Shown: positions 1 to 17,419 of the stretch, piece by piece
How the letters are laid out: every line of letters begins with the position of its first letter
Position numbering within the stretch: position 1 is the stretch's first letter
Assembly: GCF_009914755.1 (NCBI RefSeq)
Contig: NC_060931.1
DNA from: the human T2T-CHM13v2.0 reference genome, Homo sapiens
DNA length: 64,000 bases
Strand: one strand, 5' to 3'
Position numbers and translations under genes: made by a program
Notes under the pieces: generated by a model
Databases searched by the model: none
Told to the model about the DNA's origin: nothing
The model's input: the letters and a program-made list of their open reading frames with translations, nothing else

Positions 1-461
1 GTTCATTTTTGAAAACATGATTGAGATTTATTTATCACCATGTAAATCGACCCTGAAAGGTGCATTTACTAGCGCAGTAATTTTTATAGGTAAAATGAAT
101 GAAGGTTCAATTTGACCAGGGATGTTATACAGGAACCTTTGCTTTATCTGTGGAGGGTAAAATAATCAGACATCTCCAGCAACCTTAGATCTGACACCCT
201 GATCCTGTGGCCCCCAAATCAGTAGAGGAGTTTCACAACTGCACTTGCCAGTTTACGTTATCTGCCCTTAGCAGAGTTGGTAACATTCCCTTTTATGCAA
301 GATGCACTTTGCAGAGCCTAAAAGAACAAAAGATGGGGACATCACCAACTTATAGCAGAGGTTATGTGACTGTTTGAGCCTGCTGGTAATGAATGTTTGC
401 CCAGGATTACTTTCACTGCACTGTGGCTCCTGGGACAAGCTGTGTAGGTAGAGTCCTCTAG

Positions 462-877
<416 letters not shown>

Positions 878-891
878 AGTTTTATTTTATT

Positions 892-3225
<2,334 letters not shown>

Positions 3226-4188
3226 TTTATTTTAATGCAAGTTTTTATCAAATATTTTTGAGCATCTCCTAAGCGCAGTGCTCTGTGAGGGTAAGTACAG
3301 AGTTGTGGGGAAAAAGGCATATAAGATATAGTCTTTTGTGTAGGTACACATCTACCATTTGCACTTGACCTCACTACTTAGGTTATAACTGAGTTACAGT
3401 AACATCAGTCTCATAAACCTTTCCCCTGTGAGAACAGCTCTTCCACTTCTACCACAAGTCTCACTTCCCTGTCGACCTGGTAGGTGGAGCCAGGCTGGAG
3501 AATAGATACCTGGTTTTCCTCCCTTATTCCTAGTTTTCCTGCTCCTGCCTGCAGGTAAATATAATGCAAACATCCTCCGCCCTCAATACACAATGTAGAC
3601 TCATTATTAAGAAAAGTAATTTATCTACTATAGTCAGCATGAGTTAGTGTCATTGGTATGCTGGTAAACATTTAAAACCTGACAATTTTTGAAAAAAGAA
3701 GAATATATATACACATACACTTATTTAAAAATATTGCTGATATAAAGGATGTGTAGCACACAGTTTAAAAATAATAAAATATAAAATCTTCTTTATATAA
3801 ATTCTGTGAAGTCAATTGATTTTCATACAATGTTTACCTTGATTTTTGCCAAATTTCTGACTATCCATAGTCAATCTATGGTTACAACTGATGAACGAGT
3901 ATAATTCAAATTGAATGTTGTTTGATACTTTCATTTATCTTAACTAATAAGACATATGTTGGAACTTCACTTATTCTTCTGGAATGTGAGTAACTATTTT
4001 GCTAAGGATAGAATTTTTCTGAATACTGGAAGAATATATCATCAATGTTTTTTGCTATTTACAGTATAACAAGTGTAGGCACACTTTTAAGTTTAATCTA
4101 TGCTATTAACATTTTCTTCATCACTGTTTTAAGACTACACAATTTAAAAAAAAAATCAAGATGTGATTTGTAGCATTTGCCAATTCTT

Positions 4189-4489
4189 TTATTATTATTA
4201 TTATTTTTTTTTTTGAGACGAAGTCTCGCTCTGTTGCCCAGGCTGGAGTGCAGTGGCTAGATCTTGGCTCACTGCAAGCTCCACCTCCTGAGTTCACGCC
4301 ATTCTCCTGCCTCAGCCTCCTGAGTAGCTGGGACTACAGGTGCCCACCACCATGCCTGGCTAATTTTTTGTATTTTTAGTAGAGACTGGGTTTCACTGTG
4401 TTAGCCAGGATGATCTCGATCTCCTGACCTCGTGATCCGCCCGCCTCGGCTTCCCAAAGTGCTGGGATTACAGGCGTGAGCCACCGCCC
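4189..4489 (-). mobile_element. AluY
   Basis: Alu consensus; TSD TGCCAATTCTT at 4178-4188 and 4490-4500. Confidence 0.95.
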
Positions 4490-4597
4490 TGCCAATTCTT
4501 ACATTATATTCTCACCATGTCCAATTTCAAGCTATCAGTGTGATGCTACCGAACACTGAGTTGGGCAGAGATGCCCAGTAGCAGACCATTATATAGC

Positions 4598-5875
4598 TGT
4601 GATACTATGAAATATGTATTTGGTCTTCATCCCAATTTCCTGAGGTAGAGTTTCTAAAATCCTTGGAATCTCTGGAATAATAAGAGTGCTTTTTGTATGC
4701 TAAAGAAATGGCTGGTGGCTGGACGTCCCTAGATAGCTTCAGGATAGGGGCTGGTCATAAGAAAGAACATTAGAGGATTGGGACTTTCAGCATTACCCCT
4801 CAACTTCTGGGGAGCAGAGACGGGCTAAAGGTTGAGTTGATCACCAATGGCCAATGATTTAACCAATCATGCCTGTATGCATCTGTTCTCACATTGCTGT
4901 AAAGAAATATCTGAGACTGGGTAATTTACAAAGAGAAGAGGTTTAGTTGGCTCATGGTTCTGCAGGCTGTTCAGGAAACACGATGCTGGCATCTGCTTGG
5001 GGAGGCCTCAGAAAACTTACAGTGATAGCGGAAGGTGAAGGGGAAGCAGGCAGGTCTTACATGGCTGGAGCAAGAGGAACAGATGAGGGGAGGTGCCACA
5101 CACCCTTAAACAATGAGATCTCAGGAGAATTCACTCACTATACAGTACCAAGGGAGCATGGTGTTGAACCATTAGAACCACCCCCATGATCCAGTCACCC
5201 CCACCCCCTGCCAGGCCCCACCTCCAACATTGGGGATTACACTTTAACATGAAATTTGTGTGGGGATGCAGATGCAAACCCTATCAATGCCCGTGTAGTG
5301 AAGTTTCCATTAAAAACCCAAAAGGACAGGGATGGTGGGGGGGAAGGGGCTGGCTTCCTGATGGCTGAACACATGGGGAGATTCCTGAAGGGTAGCACAC
5401 CTAGAGAGGGCATGGAAAGTCCACTCCCCATGCCCCAGAGCTTGCTCTGTGTGTCTCCTCCATCTAGCTGTTCACCTGTATCATCTGCAATATCCTTTAC
5501 AATAAACTGGTAAACGTAAGTAAAGTGTTTCACTGAGTTCTGTAAGCTCCTCCAGCAAATTAATCAAACTCGAGGGGTAAATAGTCGGAACTGTCTCAAT
5601 TATAGGTGACAGCCTGCTTCTTGCAACTGGCATCTGAAGTGGGGCCAATCTTGTGGGACTGAGCCGTCAACCTGTGAGATCTGATGCTATCTCCAGGTAG
5701 AGTGTCAGAATTGAATCGGAGGACACCCAGCTAGTGTTTGCTAGAGAATCCCCTGAAAGACTGCTTGGTGGGGAAAAATCCGCACACATTTTGGTGGCCA
5801 AGGGTCACAGAAGTATTCTTTGCTGATTATTGTATGAGAGTAGGAGAAAGCATTTTGGCTTGGTTTTTTTCTATA
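4598..5875 (+). mobile_element. MER21-type LTR, interrupted by an MST
   Basis: Starts tgtgatactatgaaatatgtatttggtcttc; internal aataaactggtaaacgtaagtaaagtgttt; resumes after the MST. Confidence 0.75.
4874..5286. mobile_element. MSTA-like MaLR solo LTR
   Basis: aagaaatatctgagactgggtaattt...gaggcctcag..caaaccctatca; 5-bp TSD ATGCC at 4869-4873 and 5287-5291. Confidence 0.9.
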
Positions 5876-6487
5876 TTTAATAGTAGAATTTCCATCATAT
5901 AAATTCAGTACACACAGAATAACTTCAAAAGCACAGATGACTGTATAATATAGTAAAATCATTAGGATAGAATGAGTTTTGAGTATTTGTTACATTTTCC
6001 TTTAATATAATTTAATTTTAAGTTATATAATTTAATTTGTAATAATGATTTCATGGTTTTATTTAACAATTGGCATGCAAACTTTCTGAAAATTTAACAA
6101 TCTTCTCTCACAAGGCAGTGTCGGCTGGCTCCAGCAAGCTGGGATGGGATATGGGTTAGGTTGTATGTTGAAGAACCCTTAGATGTATTGCAGGAGAGGA
6201 TGGGCCTATACTACTCAGTAGGTCCTGGATAACAGGTGGTTTCCAGGGCTCACTTGCTCAAAGATCAAGAGCAAGATAATCGTCATAGAGCTTCTTTGGG
6301 AATTTCATGCTTAGAGGTCACCTCTCTTAAACAGGAGGATTCCATTAGAACACACCTTCTCTGATTCATTTCTAACCCCTACATGATTTATTTGCTAATT
6401 TATAAAACATAGCTCTAGCAGTTTGTGCTCATTATCTGTTTGTGCTTTATAAATTACCTAAAAGTTAGTAGCTTAAAGTAACTAGTA

Positions 6488-7148
<661 letters not shown>

Positions 7149-8583
7149 TATTGATGATTTTCTCACAGTTTCTGAGGGCAGGTGTCTAGAGTGGCTTATC
7201 TGGAAGGCTCTGCCTCAGTCTCTCATGAGGTTGCAGTCAAGACGTCAGTCAAAACTACAATGTCTGAGGGCTTGACTGGTCTGCAGGGTCTGCTCCTATG
7301 AGGACTCACCACATGGTTGTTTTCCTTGCTACCTGGACCTCTCCATAGGGCTGCTCAGTTGCCCTCACAACATGGCAGATGCCTCTTCCAGAGCAAATGA
7401 TCACAGAAGAGAGCAAGTCAGAAGTCATGATGTCTTTTAAGACCTGGTCCCAGAAGTCGCACATCACTTCTACTCTATTCTCTTCACTAGAAGTGAGTCA
7501 CTAAGTGCAGCCTTTCAAGTGGAGGAAATTGGGCTCCACCTGCTGAAGGTAGTGTCAAAGAATCTGTGGACGTATTTTGAACCACCACATACCATAATTT
7601 TGGGTAACTTAACTCATTTTTGTTATTTTGATTCGTGCTTTCAAATTTTAGGGTTTTTATTTTACTTTTTAATAGTTCATTATATTATCTATATTTTATT
7701 CTTTTAGATACTATTACCTTTTACTCATTCTAAAATCGTTTTTGTGACTTCTATTACTAATATTCTTATGTTGTTTGTGTGAAATTTTGATTTTATGTGA
7801 TTGAATTTGGGCTTTTCCTTTATATTATAATTTTCTTTTCTATATTAACCGTGATAATCTTTAAATAGTTGGATTTCTTTCCAACTCCTTCAAGCTTGCC
7901 TTTCTTGTCTATTAGTGTGCCTTCTCACCCAATTCGACCAAATAGGTTCTGATAATTATCCGATTCTTTTGGTAATTATAGGTGAGCTCCAACATTTAGA
8001 GGTAGATGGGAGCTCTATATCTCCTACCCCAAAACTACACTAAAAAGTGATATACTACAGCACAAGTCAGTCCCAGACTGAATTTTTTCACATGTGCAAC
8101 CATCTGTTACCAAGCAGGCACTAAATGGCTGAATGTCCCATCAGTGGACTCCGTGAAGACCCCACTGCTGCCTTTTTGGCACCGTAGCACATACCTTGTA
8201 GGAAGGACTAATTCCAGCACAAACATAACAAATGTCCTGATGACAGGAGTGGCTTACCTTGTGAGGGATGTTCTCTGGGCACAGGGCAGAATGTGGTTCC
8301 AGACTGAGGATGTCTCTTCAAAGGGATTGTTTTCGTGGCTCACCAGTTTCTTCAGCCCCATTCATTCCAAGTTGGAGATGCCTGTACAATACTCTGGTTA
8401 ATGAAAAGTTATTTCCAAATCCCACAGATCAACTAGCAATCTTCTCTGATACAGATTTAGATTGAGGTTTTTGAAGGAAAGCCACATTCTGAACTGAAGA
8501 CTCCTGTAGGAGCTAAATAACTGCTCCTATGATTGGTGTGTGGGGATTTTAAATCAAGGAAATTCAGTGTTATTTACCCAACA

Positions 8584-8680
8584 CTAGGTTAGTGGTTAAA
8601 CTCAAGCACACCATCTACACGAAGGCATTTTAAAGCTAACTCCTGACAGATGGTGTGCTTGAGTTTAATCACTAACCTAG
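8584..8680. repeat. Inverted repeat, 33-bp arms with one mismatch and a 31-nt spacer
   Basis: ctaggttagtggttaaactcaagcacaccatct (8584-8616) vs agatggtgtgcttgagtttaatcactaacctag (8648-8680). Confidence 0.95.
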
Positions 8681-9429
8681 GGCTGTACCCTCTAAGTGAG
8701 AATACTGTCTCGGTCAGCACTGACTAGGTTCTGCTGTGAGAAACCCCAGAATCACAGGCAACTAAAATGTTGGAGGTGTTTCCTTGCTGGCTCATAGCTG
8801 ACACCTCTGAGATTGTTGGGCCAAAGGGAAATTGAGGGCTCTGAGGAGTTCAATAAAAATTAAATGTACTGGCTGGAAATGACACATGTTACTTTGGGTC
8901 ACAATTCATTGGCCAGATGAGACTCCTGCCCCCGTGCCATATCTGGCCAGAAAGAGCAATCCTGCAAGTGGCTGGAGGGGGAAGAACTGGGGATACTTGG
9001 CCAACAGTACAGTGCCTTCTGCTAACACCCTCCTGCCATCTTGTCATTGGGGTTAGAAACAATTCATGAAAAGTCATCGGGGAATATCAATTACAATTAT
9101 AGGACTGGTTCTTTTAAACAGCCTACATTTAAGCCAATCCGTGGATTCCTAGAAGCTGTCTTCCCTCTGCAATACATCCTGAGTGATGCCCACAGGGTGA
9201 GGCGCACTCGGCTAATCTTACACTCGTTCGCTTCCTTTCTCACGGTTGAGTTGAATGCTTACAGAGGCAGTTGTGTGTTTGCCCAAGCTTGTTTATGCCA
9301 GTAATACTTACTTTTACAATGACATAATTTAGTTAAATAGTACATAATATTATAAAATATAAGGACAGAAAGAAAGAACAAATCTCTTTTAAAATTGCTA
9401 CTGAAATAGGAACTGAATAGGCCATATCA

Positions 9430-9590
9430 TAACTACTCAAATTTTAATGTGCACACAAACCACCCAGAGAGCTTGTTAAGGGGCAGATTCTGATTCAGTA
9501 GGTGAGGGTGGGGCCTGAGACTTCGCATTTCTAATTAGCTCTCAGGCGATAGGGACATTGCTGGTCCACAGATTACACAGTGAATAGCAA
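9430..9590. mobile_element. MER5-type hAT MITE
   Basis: cagattctgattcagtaggt..ggggcctgagacttcgcatttctaa..gctggtcc core. Confidence 0.75.
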
Positions 9591-10060
9591 AATATGAGAC
9601 TGTTACAAAAGCTTATTGGAAAATCATTAAAATACAAAAAGAGATTGTGTGCAGGTCGCTTTGCTAGTACTTTAAGTTATTCAAGAGCTCACTCCACTTT
9701 AAAAAACCTAAATCTGGATATCATGAAGCTGCTTCTTCTCATAAAGATAATGTGAATACCATTCAGTAAAACACATTAAAAAAAAGAAAGAGAGAAAACT
9801 TGACCTTATTATGAAAAATAAATACATGGGGTTAAAAGTAAAAGTTTCTGGAGGCATTTTATTGTTTTTAAGTGATTCATTACATAAGAAAACTTTTTGC
9901 ACTGGAGAAGAGTTTCTACCATATTGTATTAAATGCATAATTACCAATGGAAGTTGATAACAAGACTCTTGGCAATTAACCAAACTTTAAGTAGATATGT
10001 CTCATAAAATGTCAGTCAGGGTCACCTCACTGCCCAGTTCCAAAAGTGCCTGGTATATAG

Positions 10061-10594
<534 letters not shown>

Positions 10595-12134
10595 AGAAAT
10601 GTGTTTTATAGTCACAGTAGGGAAGGGGAGGGATAATGTATTTCTTCATTGTACAACTAAATCCTGATAAGCTTGAGGGATTTTCAAAGGAAAAATGACA
10701 ATGAAATACATTGATACAGTGGAGCCATGGATTGAGAACTATTTCTCATAATGTATTCAGTTGTCCGGTGATGTATTTGTGGAATAATTTCAGTCCTCAT
10801 CTTTCTATGCTCTCTCCAAGGACCAGAGCTTGCTGCTAAAGGAAAGATTGAGAAATGCTCTAACCATCCCAAATGGGGCAGTCTTAAGGTTTCCAAAAAA
10901 CCCATCTGCACACAGACCCTCTTCCCAGAATGCTCTCCCTCCATGTTCCAAACTCATCTCCTCCCTTATTCAAGGCCTCTAAGTTCATAAGGGATTATTC
11001 TGTGCAAACTATTCCTCCCTGATTTAGACCCAGTCTTGTTTCTGGCTGCTAATAGGTCACTGCATGACTTCATATCAAATCCCAAACTGGAGTCTGTCTC
11101 AAGTATTAATACCATTCTGTGAAAGACAAGAATATTTTCCCCCTTCCATAAGCTGTGTAGGGAAGGACCTTGGTGCAAGTACCCACCAAGCAAGCTATCC
11201 CAGAAATCACAAAACAAAAAGGCTCACAGACCAAATTAAGATGCTTGAATCCCACAGTTTACTAAATCAATATAAAATGCAAACAGTGGAAAACTGCGGA
11301 GTAGATTAACACTCTTGGGTTATATATATATATGCAAGAGGAAGGCACACACTACCTAAATCCTGGGCTAGTCAAGTTCATGTGTCCTGTCTGTCTGCCA
11401 TAGGAGCCTTCTCCAGTGATGGTGTCATTAAGAGGCCAGAGTTGAGTTTGAGCAAGAGTACCCCCAGACTAGAAGATACCTGAGGCCATTGACATACACT
11501 AGCTCTATTACAGCGATGTAGCCAGCCTATAGCTGTAGCTTGCCAGTTAGCTGCTAAACTGCCATGCTTTCTAATTACACTTCTTGGACAAAACACATGC
11601 AGAGCCAGAATGGGGACATGCGAGGTGTCACCAGTGGATAGTCAATGTCAGGCGTGGCCCAGCTGTCACCATGTGTGTGCTTATAACTTGGGTCTATCCA
11701 TCCTTTTCTAGCTCTAAGTAACACATTTTTGCCATCATATATTCCATTTTCTATTTTTAGCCTTTCAGGTTTCTAATTTACTGTCAGCATTTAGCATATA
11801 TGATCAATTCTGCCCATGTCTTGCAAGCCATTTGCTTACTCATTCTCGGGACTTAACACAGACTACAAGGTTCTCCTGTGGCATACAAACCACTTGCTAA
11901 CTCACTATGTATGCTTTTACATTGCTTAAGTATTTCATCCACTTAATTTGCTTTTCTTGTCTTCTTCAGCAGAATTGAATAATCTCAAATAATACAGCAA
12001 ACTCATATTATGCAGTAGAATAGGAGGACTGATGGAAAACACAAGGTGCAAAATACATTTTTGATGGCTTAGCCAATAATTGGTGCTCCTTTAAAAAGTG
12101 GCACATTACTCATTTAGAAGAAATAAGACCTAGT

Positions 12135-12700
<566 letters not shown>

Positions 12701-12971
12701 GATAAACTTCATAAAAAGAAAAAAGTGGTACACTATTGAAGATTCTTTTTAAATAAATTCAATTAAATCTCCTAATTATATTAATAACTTACGCGTGCTT
12801 ATTTTAAGACATTGGAAAATATAGAAAAGTATAAAGAAAAAAATTGTCCTTAATGCTACCAGCTGGTGACAATCAATGTCAACATTTTGGTATACTTTAT
12901 TTTTTAGATCTTATTTTAATAGATATCTTTCCCCATCTGTTAAGGTTGTACATACATTTCTATATCCTTAC

Positions 12972-13514
12972 TGTCACAGGGCGAACCCCAAAATTGGGAT
13001 TCAGCCTGGAAAGCCACCTGGGCTCTTGGCTTTACACAGGAAGGACTTCAAGAGCCGGCTCACAGGGTAAAGTGAAAGCAAGTTTTTTAAGAAAGTAAAG
13101 TCATAAAAGGGTGGCTACTCCATAGGCAGAGCAGCCCCAAGGGCTGCTGGCTGGCTGTTTTTATGGCTATTTCTTGATTATATGCTAAATGATGGTTGCA
13201 TTATTCATGACCTTTCCAGGAAAGGGAATGGGAATTCTGGAACTGATGGTCCCTCCCCCTTTCACACCATATAAGGTAACTTCTGGACATTGCTATGGCA
13301 TTTGTAAACTGTCATGATGCTGGTAAGAGTGTCTTTTAGCATGCTAATGCATTATAATTAGTGAATAATGAGCAGTGAGGACTACTAGAATTTGCATTTG
13401 TAGCCATCTTGGTTTTGGCAGGTTTTGGCCGGCTCCTTTACTGCGTCCTGTTTCATCAGCAGGATCTTCGTGACCTGTATCTTGAGAAACCAGTCCTGCC
13501 GAACTCCTATCTCA
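12972..13514 (-). mobile_element. MER41C-like ERV1 solo LTR
   Basis: Minus strand begins TGAGATAGGAG..CAAGATACAGGTCAC and contains TAATTATAATGCATTAGCATGCTAAAAGACACT; one intact GAS TTCCAGGAA at 13214-13222. Confidence 0.8.
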
Positions 13515-13574
13515 TGCCCTTTTCCCAAAATATTATATGTATTATATCTTCCTATCTTACTTCACGTGTTTTCT

Positions 13575-13883
<309 letters not shown>

Positions 13884-13884
13884 T

Positions 13885-14041
13885 AGTGGGAGACTGCCTT
13901 TCCCTGGCACTGGCTGTGACCAATTATTATTTTAGAGAGACAGTTAACAACTGCCTGACCTTTTGCCTGATGGCTACAGGTTGACATTCCTGGGTGGCCT
14001 CTCCTGCCTTGCTTGTGTCTGCCTAACTATGTACTCTAACA
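13885..14041 (-). mobile_element. MER50-like LTR 5' fragment
   Basis: Minus strand starts tgttagagtac..ttaggcagacacaagcaaggcaggagag. Confidence 0.55.
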
Positions 14042-14044
14042 GAA

Positions 14045-14433
14045 AGACCTAGTAAGGGAAGGAGATTCTCTGCAGATTGTGAATGCCCCCCACAAGAGAC
14101 AGCTTTGCAGGGCCATTTCAAAATATGTCAAAAAAGATATTTTGGAGTAAAATGCTTTGATTCGCTTCAGCACTGGCTATGTGTTATGTGATGCTATGCA
14201 AACATGTTTGGAATTTGGCATCTTATTGTTGCAAAGAGTCTGTTCTGTCAATCTTGGGATCTCTTTTAATGTTAATGCTGGTCAGTGGTGCCTGAACTCC
14301 AAAGGGAGGAGGGTATCATGAGGCGTGTCCCATATGGCCTGAACTGGTTTTTCAGGTTTCTTTGGGTCCTCTTGGCCAAGAGGAGGGTCTGTTCAGTCAG
14401 TTGAGTGGCTTGGAATTCTATTTTTTTGGTTTA
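14045..14433 (-). mobile_element. MER4-group (B/C/D/E) LTR fragment
   Basis: gagacagctttgcagggccatttcaaaatatgtcaa..gcctgaactccaaagggaggaggg..ttggccaagaggagg..tttttggttta. Confidence 0.65.
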
Positions 14434-14604
14434 TAAGACCATGGTAATTTCTGTATTTAGTCAGCATTTAATCACTAAAACTTAATCTTAGTAGACATTT
14501 TTTAAAATGCTGAACTAAAGTGAGATTTTCTCTTCCTTAAAAATCTGGGATGCTCGTTCATTCTCTGATCAGTTCAGATGCAGTGTATGAAGAACCATAA
14601 AGCT

Positions 14605-14665
14605 AGTGTTACAGCTCTTTTAGAATTTGTCTAGCAGGTTTTCCAGTCTTTACCAGAAAGCCACT
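14605..14665 (+). pseudogene. U7 snRNA retropseudogene
   Basis: agtgttacagctcttttagaatttgtctag matches the U7 5' end and U7 Sm site (14624-14634); decayed 3' stem-loop; A-rich tail; imperfect TSD aaccataaagct / aaccataagcct. Confidence 0.92.
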
Positions 14666-14801
14666 CCTACCCCAAAAAAAGAAAGAAAAACCATAAGCCT
14701 GTGTGTGTGCTCCCTGGACCCTTCTTTTCCGCAAAACCTTGCTGAAATCAGAGACAAGGACCTTCTTTTCTTGGCTAGTCCCTGCCCTGTCCTTTCTCTG
14801 A

Positions 14802-15321
<520 letters not shown>

Positions 15322-15758
15322 TAAGAATGACTTAATAGCAATAGATAACTGTCACATATTGCTAATTCTATTTATTTCCCAAGAAAAAAGAAAGAAGTGT
15401 TAATGGTATGGTGTTCATTACTGGGGCTTCAGTCTTAAAAGGGGAATATAAACTTCGCAAAGCTGTGCACTGCACTGTGTGTGAGGTCGCACAGTCTGGG
15501 AGGCCCTGTGCCACCTTGTCAGGCTTCCTAAAGGAGCTCTCAACTCCCATCCACACACAAAGGCATCTCCTGGGGGCCAGGCCCTGGGCAAGGCTGGCTG
15601 CCTCAGGAAGTTGCCCACACAGCCACAGGGCGGCAGATCTGCCTGGTAACTTGAACGACCAGTAGCCCTCCCTGCTTGGTAGCCATGCCTCTTATGTTAC
15701 TGCCCCAGAAAGCAGAGCCCATGGGCATCATCACTTCCATCTCTTAGGCTGGCACCAT

Positions 15759-16346
15759 TGATACTGGTGGGCTGGGGTCGGTCCCCAAATACCAGTAGGA
15801 CCTGGACTCAAGCCGATGTCCAGACTTTTGACACCATTGTGAGAAGGAACTTGAGGATGAATCCAAAAATCATGAAAGTTGGGAGATTTATTTGCAAAAC
15901 AAAATTACATACTCAAGAAAAGGAAGTGCAGGCATATTAAAGAGAGAGTTTGCCCCATGGATTTGGGCTGCTACCTTTATGGATTTCTTTAACCAAGGGG
16001 TGGAATACTCATGAAAATTCCTGGAAGAAGGTAGAAATTTCTCAGAACTGTGGTGCCACCCATTTTTACACCAAATATAGGTATTCCCAGAACTGTCACG
16101 GGGTGGTGGGTGTGTGATTGAGGATGTTAATGAGCGTATAATGAGGTTCTAGGAGAAACCCAGGCCAAATCCAGCACCACGTTGGGTCCAGTCGGTCTTA
16201 GCCAGCTTGGTCCACACCCTGGTTTTTCAGGATTTTATAAGCTCATAGCTTCTGCAGCTATTTCAGGTGTCTTTTTGCTAGTCATGTGAAACTGCCGCCT
16301 GGAATTTTCCAATCTCCTGCAACCACTTTGTATTATTCTTATCTTA
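15759..16346 (-). mobile_element. MER41-family (E/D-like) ERV1 solo LTR
   Basis: Minus strand gaataatacaaagtggttgcaggag..aaaattccaggcggcagtttcacatgactagc..ggaccaagctggctaagaccgactggacccaac; subfamily from memory. Confidence 0.65.
16018..16092. promoter_or_regulatory. Three STAT GAS motifs (TTCN3GAA) inside the MER41-family LTR
   Basis: TTCCTGGAA 16018-16026, TTCTCAGAA 16039-16047, TTCCCAGAA 16084-16092; motifs are certain, function is inferred. Confidence 0.55.
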
Positions 16347-17419
16347 CCTCCAGTGCTATAGTGGGTGAAATCCCTCCTATGACTGACTGTTCTCCTTCCT
16401 CTCCAATACTGTTAGGAGATATGTGTTTGTTTCTTAATTTTGACACAGTATGGGATTTTGATATTTTGGTATTCTAAAGAATTTAGTATTTTGCAGGTAT
16501 TTTAATATATAAAAAGGTAGGCACTGCCTCTATCTTTACTTGATTTTATCTGAACCCAAATAGGTCTTATTGTTTCTAAGACAACTATTTCAATCAGTGT
16601 CTAGGGTTTATTGCATTCAATTGTTCCGTTTTGCATAAGTGAACCATGCTTTGATGACAAACAGCCAGCACCTCTGTGATGATCTCATTCAGCGTTGGAG
16701 TCCAGGGTAGTTTGCCACAGGTCCCGGCTCTCAGAGGGTAACTGCATATGCATGAATCTCTTGCCTCATTGATTTAATGCCCTCAGGATGAGTGCAGTGG
16801 GCCACTCTCTCTGCACACTTCTGACCTGAGCGGGAGATGGGCCGGGCTCCAGAGAGAGGCTCTAGGAGTGTGTTTTGATAGTTTTTTCCACAATATGCCC
16901 AGCTACAAAGTCAGCTCAGCAAGTTTTTAAGTAAGTTTGGAGTTACATTACATACCTTTATTTATTAAATTTAAATCTATGGTGGTTTTAAAACATATGA
17001 AGAATAATTTGTAATATTTTACATTCATGTGCATCAGAAAGTGAGAAAAAATTAAACTATGTTTTAAATTGAGTTTTATTTTCCCCCTGCCCTTGAGCCA
17101 TTTTTTTAAGTATATACATGGTAGTGTGTGCATCATATTCATTTCATAAAAGCACCGATTGTTGTAGGAGATCAGTGAGCTAAAGGACGGGCACATATCT
17201 CTCAAATGCATTCATATTATCCAATAAATTAAATTCTTAAAGAAAAGAAAAAAGACCTATTAATTGGAACACAAAAGCCCCCATCCCTGGTCCCAGTGCA
17301 CCTTTCTCTAAGGTGATGTAATCCAAAAGAGAATTTATAGAAAAAAATAGTTTTTGTTCTGTGTACACTCAAGAAAATTAGGAAAGATGAGGAAAAAAAA
17401 AGGAAAATCTCTTCTTTTG

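Larger units (their letters stand above)
3651..6136 (-). mobile_element. MER63-type hAT DNA transposon, interrupted by AluY and MER21/MST
   Basis: Termini cattggtatgctggtaaacatttaa and ggctggctccagca, with colinear internal sequence matching recalled MER63 consensus across both insertions. Confidence 0.75.

Noticed and set aside
10950-11700. Possible old LTR
   Set aside because: I could not match termini or a family
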